Shown piece after piece: positions 57,829 to 64,000 of a DNA stretch of 64,000 nt (position 1 is its first letter; the number at the start of each line of letters is the position of its first letter). Source of the DNA: Saccostrea cucullata. Its lineage: Eukaryota. Location: NCBI RefSeq assembly GCF_032062105.1, contig NW_026936455.1, forward strand, positions 496,001-560,000, read 5' to 3'. A program made the translations under genes and the position numbers. The notes beneath the pieces were generated by a model. The model was given only the letters and a program-made list of their open reading frames with translations, was not told the DNA's origin and ran no database searches.

Positions 57829-60800
57829 ATGACAGAGGAAACGCCAAATACAAACAGCCTGTTAAATTTTGAAATAGAGGTATGTATTGTACCACTATGT
57901 TTAACATTTACATTGTTTAACACAAAATATGTATAGATGTTTCTTTTATTTTGATAAAATCCGTAAAAAAGAAATGGTTTGGGAATCAAATAATTTTATG
58001 AAAAGGGGGTGTTGTCATCAGATTCTCCTTAAGGGTACATGTATGGCAAAATTTGTGTAATATGTCTTGATGTCTTTTTTATCTTTCAGTTTGATGATGA
58101 AGAATTTAAGTCTGATTTGCCAACTGTGGAAAACCCCACACTAGAAAGTATTCTCAATGAGGTAACAGTTTTATCGACCTTCGACGATAATTATTTATTT
58201 TTTTTGAGGCAGTTAATAAATAAATTATAAATGTGAACTGAGATCATATTAGGTTTATTCTAACCAATTTATCTGAATATAATTGTGAGTAAACTGTCAT
58301 TTCGTTAATACCCTGTCTTTAAACAAAACTCAAATACAGACTGAAGACTACGATTCCCCAGTGGAAGATGACACATCTTCAGTTATCTCCGCAGTCCAGG
58401 CATTTAAGGATTCAGGGGACACAACTTCTCTGTCCAGTTCAGACAGCAATCGCACAGATCGCAGTGCAAGATCCAGACAGAAGTATGTTATTTATATTCA
58501 TTTCACATTTGATATATCTTTGTAAATTGCTGGAATCCATTCAACTGAAAATCAAAATAAAGTAAGTGTGTTTGAAAGAGTTGAAAAGGTAGATAAGCAT
58601 TTATTATTTTTGACTATAAATTTGTTACCTTACAGGAAGAAAATTGATATAAAACAGACAGTACATGGTTCAAACGCTTTTTTTGAAACCCAACCGCTTG
58701 ACAAAATATAGCAGCTCAACTTCACAGTGCAGCTGTTAGTAAAATATCTTACAAATTGTTCAAATAATTTATTAAAATATTTGGGTAAAATTTAGATTAT
58801 CAGGGGAGCTTAAAGCAAAAGCTTTAGGTTCTTGAATTAAATTAAAGCATATTTGACTTTCAATATGATACTACTGTAAATCACTTTTTATTTGCGAGAA
58901 CTTTATTTTCGCTTAATTAAACGAGAGATCATGTGTTTTGTTTAAAAATTGAATGAACATTCGTATAAGTATTCCTTAAGATTATTTAGAGCAATAACCA
59001 CAATTCTTCAAAATTTTGTCTCGTTAATCAAGAGTCAATGACTATCTCACGAAAATATGGGGTCGCGAAAATTTAGTGATCTACAGTATTCAAATGAATT
59101 CATATAAACTTTTTATTATTCACTTTGATTTATTTTCAATCTATTTGATATAGGAAAGAGTTGATGCAGGAATGCCAACAGCAATGGTAAATTATGATTT
59201 TTATATACATGTACTATAACATTGATAAGATGATGCAATTCTAAAATCTTCTATATTTCATTTTTGATTTAAGGAAATGATTTCATAATCACTTTTATAA
59301 TTGAGGTATAAGTTACATATTTTCAGGCTGTTTCATCCTTGATTGCCATTGGAACCTCACATGGACTAGTGCTGGTGTTTGGTAAGACAACAAAATCATT
59401 CTGCATTATGGAGTTTTTTTATCCTTTCTTGGAAGTAATCTATTATAACACATTTCTTCTGTTTCCCTCAGATCCCAAGCAGGTGTTGAAATGGTGCCTG
59501 GGGAAAATTCGTTCTACCATGGGGACACATTTATAATCAACATGGTCTAGCTGTTGATGTAGCTTCAACAAATTTTTGCACCAGGCTTCTCTCTGGGTTA
59601 ACATTACAATCTGGAGTAAGAAATCAACTTTAAATTGTTAAGGATAATGGCTGGTTGCATATCTCAGATTTGAACTAACAGTCAATGATTCCAAGTTTAA
59701 TTCCCAAATAATGCATCGGACACAGGTAAGGCTTTGCTGAATACAAATTAGAATTATGGTAAATTCTATTAAACCTTACTCACCTATGTAGCTTGATCGC
59801 AGCAGAACTATGTCTGAAGTAAACCAAACTTTGCTGGAATTAAATCCAGCTTGTAAACATGATCTGTAGATCAGGGACAGAGCTGTACTATTCTAAGTCA
59901 TATGTATGCAACTGGACAAAAAAGTACAATTTATGTCAGGGGTAAGGTGTTTCTGTCTTCTTATTGCTGTTGATATTTAAGATTAATTAGTGTAGGTACA
60001 AATTTCATTTAAGCTTATAATAAATGTATATTACATGAAAGAATCGATAATCAAAATTAAACACGCGCGCAATGCTACCGCTTTTGAAATTTGAATCTCC
60101 CTCATCATCACAATAGGTTAACATGTATGCATTTGATATATCTTTGTAAATTTTGAAATTAAACTGAAAATCAAAATAAATGTAAGGTGTGTTTGAAAGA
60201 TTTTAAGCATTTATTATTTTTGACTATAAATTGGAATTTTAGAATTTTGATATAAAACAGACAACATGTTCAGTGTTGAAACCCAACCGCTTGAAAAATA
60301 TAGCAGCTCAACTTCACAGTGCAGCTGTTAGTAAAATGTCAAAGTGAGATTGTTCAAATATATTTAAAAAAATAACTTGTAAAATTTACTATAGGTATTA
60401 ATGGATAAAGCAAAAGCTTTAGGTTTTGTAAAATAAAGCATATTTGACTTTCAATATGATACTTTTCAAATGAATTCAGAAAACTTTTTATTATTCACTT
60501 TGATTTATTTTAGCTGTGTGTAATATAGGAAAGAGTTGATGCAGGAATGCCAACAGCAATGGTAAATTATGATTTTTATATACATGTATATGATAGGTTA
60601 TATTCCTTATATTTCAATTTTTTAAAAGGAATTTTTTTGAATAATCACTTTTATAATAGCTCACCGTATAAGTTACATTTTTTCAGGCTGACCTATTGAT
60701 TGCCATTGGAACCTCACATGGACTAGTGCTTAACATTTAAAGCAATATGATTCTGCATTTTGGAATTTTATTTTGCTTTCTAAATGTGTTATTATGATTA

Positions 60801-61812
60801 ATCTTATGTAATCTAAACACTTATGATCAATAAAATCAAAATAAAGTGGTTAAAAATGTGGGCCAGCAGTATTTCTGTCTGCCCTCAATATACAAGGATT
60901 ATACCAGGCTTCTCTCTGGGTTTGCTAAGGACGACAATAATTCAATTTTGAACTCTAAGGGACTAATGTTCTGGTTCAAAGCAAATATGAACAACAGAAG
61001 TAAATGTTTTATTTCTGTTTAAAATAAATAATGCATTGCACACATGTCAAACTTTGCTCATATTGCTTTAGAATTCGGGAAATTTTATTAAACCACTTAC
61101 CTATATAGCTTGATCGCAGCAGAACTATGTCTGAAGTAAACCAAACTTTCTGAATTAAATCCAGCTTACATGATCTGTGGATCAGGGTGGGGCTGTACTA
61201 ATCTAAGTCATATGTATGCAACTGGACAAAAAAGACTAATCTCAAGGGGCAATATGGGATGATGAAAATCAGACTTATTGAGTAATAACAGTTTTTTTCA
61301 TGGCCCTGGATTACCGGCCAAATTGACTGCTTCAGTTGACAAAAATGCTTTTTGAAAATAAAAATTCAAAATTAAATTGCTGTAAGGTGCATTAAAAAAC
61401 ATAAACCTCAGTGCCTAGCCTGTTTGATCTCTCCCTTAACTTTGAAATAAATTAAATAAATGTTAACAGGGATATGAGTGATTTTAATGTTATATAGAAA
61501 ACAATGTGGAATTTACAATTCTGGTGTTGTAGATAACAATGTGGGATTTAAACCAATGGAAAACTATGACAATCACAGAATGCCCACCCACCAGGATCAG
61601 CTGTTCTTCATGTCAAAGTAAGACCAATACAAAATAATAGCTAATAAACACTATAGGTATTTAATGGATTTGGCTAACCTTGACAAGGTTTTGTTGCTAG
61701 ATGTCATTTTAGTAAGCTTTTCTCTAAGAGAAGTCTTTGTTCAGTTTACAGACAGCCCAGTGTTAGCTGTGTGTAGTGACAGTGGAGGGTCGGTGTTTGA
61801 ACTAGAAATGAA
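57829..61812 (+). CDS. VPS8: Vacuolar protein sorting 8 (CORVET subunit), 5' exons; gene continues beyond the window; several exons frameshifted or duplicated in this sequence
   Basis: Exons 57829-57879, 58090-58161 (PTLESILNE), 58340-58482, ~58636-58734 (IAAQLHSAA, frameshifted), 59154-59186 (ERVDAGMPTAM), 59327-59381 (AVSSLIAIGTSHGLVLVF), from 59472 (DPKQVLKWCLG, then garbled), ~61533-61617 (ITMWDL...AHPPGSAVLHVK, with indels), 61745-61812 (FTDSPVLAVCSDSGGSVFELEM). These match the N-terminal beta-propeller motifs of metazoan VPS8. Confidence 0.9.
58506..61240 (+). repeat. Imperfect direct duplication of part of VPS8 (copy 1 ~58506-59925, copy 2 ~60130-61235)
   Basis: The same exon and intron blocks recur in order, e.g. 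catttgatatatctttgtaaatt at 58506 and 60130, gaaagagttgatgcaggaatgccaacagcaatggtaaattatg at 59154 and ~60529, actggacaaaaaag at 59911 and 61221. Confidence 0.9.
58872..59088. mobile_element. Tc1/mariner-type MITE present only in copy 1 of the VPS8 duplication
   Basis: tactgtaaatcact...agtgatctacagta with TA flanks. The equivalent site in copy 2 (~60452-60476) reads caatatgatacttttcaaatgaatt with no insertion. Confidence 0.8.
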
Positions 61813-61894
61813 GTAGGTTATATTTCTTATATCTAGGTTATATTTCTTATATCTACAGGACTTTTTAAAAATAAATGTTTTTGAATATGCATAG

Positions 61895-62425
61895 TTTTAG
61901 CTCACCGGAGTAAACTCAGGTGACCTATTGCTATCCGTTTTCATCTATCGTTGTTTGCCATGCATTAACATTTGAATATTTTCATGTTCTTCTCTGAAAC
62001 CGCTTAACCAATTTTAGCATAAAGCATCTATGGGTGAAGAGGAATAAAATTTTTGAATTTCATGGTCCTTACCCCCCTGGGGCCTTGGGGGTGGGGCCAA
62101 ACCACTAAAATTAATGCAATCTTTAAAAATCTTCTTTACTTCTGAACAACAAGCAGTAACACTATTGGTATGATCATAATCAGCATTGAGTCCTCTACCA
62201 AAATTTTGAAATTCATGGCCCTGGGGTCAGGGGTTCTAGTGCTAGGGCGGGGGCTATATAGATTATGTAGTGAAAATGCATTATTTCTTTGAAATTCTAC
62301 TTCTCTGCTCCTGGGCATTAAATAAACTAACTAAGTGCATAGTTATGTTGATTATGGCTGCCTCTTCCAAATTTGTGAATTTCATGGCCCCGGGTTCAGG
62401 GGTTCTGGTGTTAGGGTGGGGCTCT
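61895..62425 (+). mobile_element. Truncated HINE-like element (third family)
   Basis: Starts ttttagctcaccggagtaaactcaggtgacct (subterminal inverted repeat) and contains degenerate aatttcatggccc...gggttct...agggyggggc units. Confidence 0.6.
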
Positions 62426-62822
62426 ATTGATTATATTTAAGCATTGAATTCATATTTGTATGTTTTATATTAACACACCTGGCCGTGCTGACAAATTGAA
62501 TACCGCGCGTTAGCGCAGTATGATAATTTGTGCGCAAGTTTAGGTGTGTTATATGTTCCATCATATCCTTCAAGACTCCACAATATATGAATTCTTTGTT
62601 GGTATATTTACATTCTTTAATTTTTTCCTCTTCATAATTGTTTATTTTGGTAATCTTTAAAGTGAATTTAGCGCCCTTCAAAACTGGTTTGCTTTATAGA
62701 CGTAAGAGCCGTTTGTGACGTCTTAAAGTTAATTAACGCAAACGAACATTGCGAGGAAAAAAAGTGACAAATTAATTTTAAATGCACAATATTGTATTTT
62801 AACGTTAATTCAAGAGGGTTAA

Positions 62823-64000
62823 TTTTTAGCTCTACTGGTCAGAGACCAGAAGAGCTTATGAGATAGTAATGATCTGGTGGTCCGTCCGTTGTCCGTCTGT
62901 TGTTTCATGTCGCATATCTGTAAACAATTTTTCAAAATGCTACTTCTTTTACAGTTTTGATCTGATTTCAATATAACTTGGCACACAAGTAGACTACACT
63001 AAGATACATAATTCTGTGTATCGGTTTTTGATTTTGATAAACGGTGTTGCCGTGGTAACTAAAAATAGAAATTTCTGTGAAATTTGTTGAAAATGCTACT
63101 CCTCCTACAGTTTTGGTCTGATTTCAATATAACTTAGCACACAAGTAGACTACACTAAGATACATAATTCTGTGTATCGGTTTTTGATTTCGATGAACGT
63201 TGTTGCCGTGGTTACTAAAAATAGAAATTTCTGTGAAATTCTTTCAAAATGCTACTCCTCCTACAGTTTTGGTCTGATTTCAGTATAACTTGGCACACAA
63301 GAAGACTACACTAAGATACATAATTCTGTTTATCAGTTTTTCATTTCGATGAATGTTGTTGCTGTGGTTACTAAAAATAGAAATTTCTGTGAAATTCCTT
63401 TAAAATGCTACTCATTCTACAGTTTTAGTCTGATTTCAATATAACTTAGCACACAAGTAGACTACACTAAGATACATAATTCTGCTATAGGTTTTTGATT
63501 TCGATAAACGATGTTGCCGTGGTTCTAAAAATAGAAATTTCTATGAAATTCTTTCAAAATGCTACTCCTCCTACAGTTTTGGTCTGATTTCAATATAACT
63601 TGGCACACATGTGACTACATAAGATACATAATTCTGTTTATCAGTTTTCGATTTCAATAAACGGTTTTGCCGTGGTAACTAAAAATAGAAATTTCTGTGA
63701 AATTCCTTTATAATGATACACCTCCTACACTTATGGAATTATTTCAATATAACTTTGCACACTAGCAGACTACACTAAGATACAAAATTCTGTGTATCGG
63801 TTTTAGATTTCGAAGAACTTTTTGGCCCTGGTTACTAAAAATAGAAATTTCTGTGAAATTCCTTTAAATTGCTACTCCACATACAGTTTTGGTCTGATTT
63901 CAATATAACTTGGCACACAAGTAGACTACACTAAGATACATAATTTTCTATATCTGTTTTTGATTTCGATGAACGTTGTTGCTGTGGTTACTAAAAATAG
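62823..64000 (+). mobile_element. HINE-like element with ~156-bp tandem array (~7 copies, runs off the window)
   Basis: Head tttttagctctactggtcagagaccagaagagct plus a (gtcc)n tract. Units beginning aaaatgctact recur at ~62934, 63090, 63246, 63402 and 63556. Confidence 0.85.

Overview
AT-rich eukaryotic genomic DNA with spliced genes. The Helentron/HINE-type elements carrying ~160-170 bp tandem arrays and the MITE complement point to an oyster (Crassostrea/Magallana-like); this species call is an inference. I rebuilt six genes by hand from GT-AG sites and exon phases, arranged as three head-to-head pairs. (1) An ITPRID2/SSFA2(KRAP)/Tespa1-family gene on the minus strand, 23430 to beyond the left edge. 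(2) A 293-aa heavily N-glycosylated type I membrane protein (+). (3) A small type II membrane-protein gene with an in-frame TAA (-). (4) A 544-aa annexin with an unusual N-terminus (+). (5) A 665-aa ORF with one C2H2 zinc finger, whose coding region has no intron (-). (6) The 5' part of VPS8 (+), which runs through a duplicated, indel-rich segment that is probably an assembly artefact. Most short ORFs in the supplied track are spurious. The best leads are: a possible split of the ITPRID locus into two transcription units, an internal annexin promoter with an ATG-only first exon, minisatellites built from exon ends plus splice donors, and a 90-nt G-U-supported hairpin between converging 3' ends. 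I found no evidence of a prokaryote-like defence or CRISPR system, and nothing here is proven novel without the checks listed.
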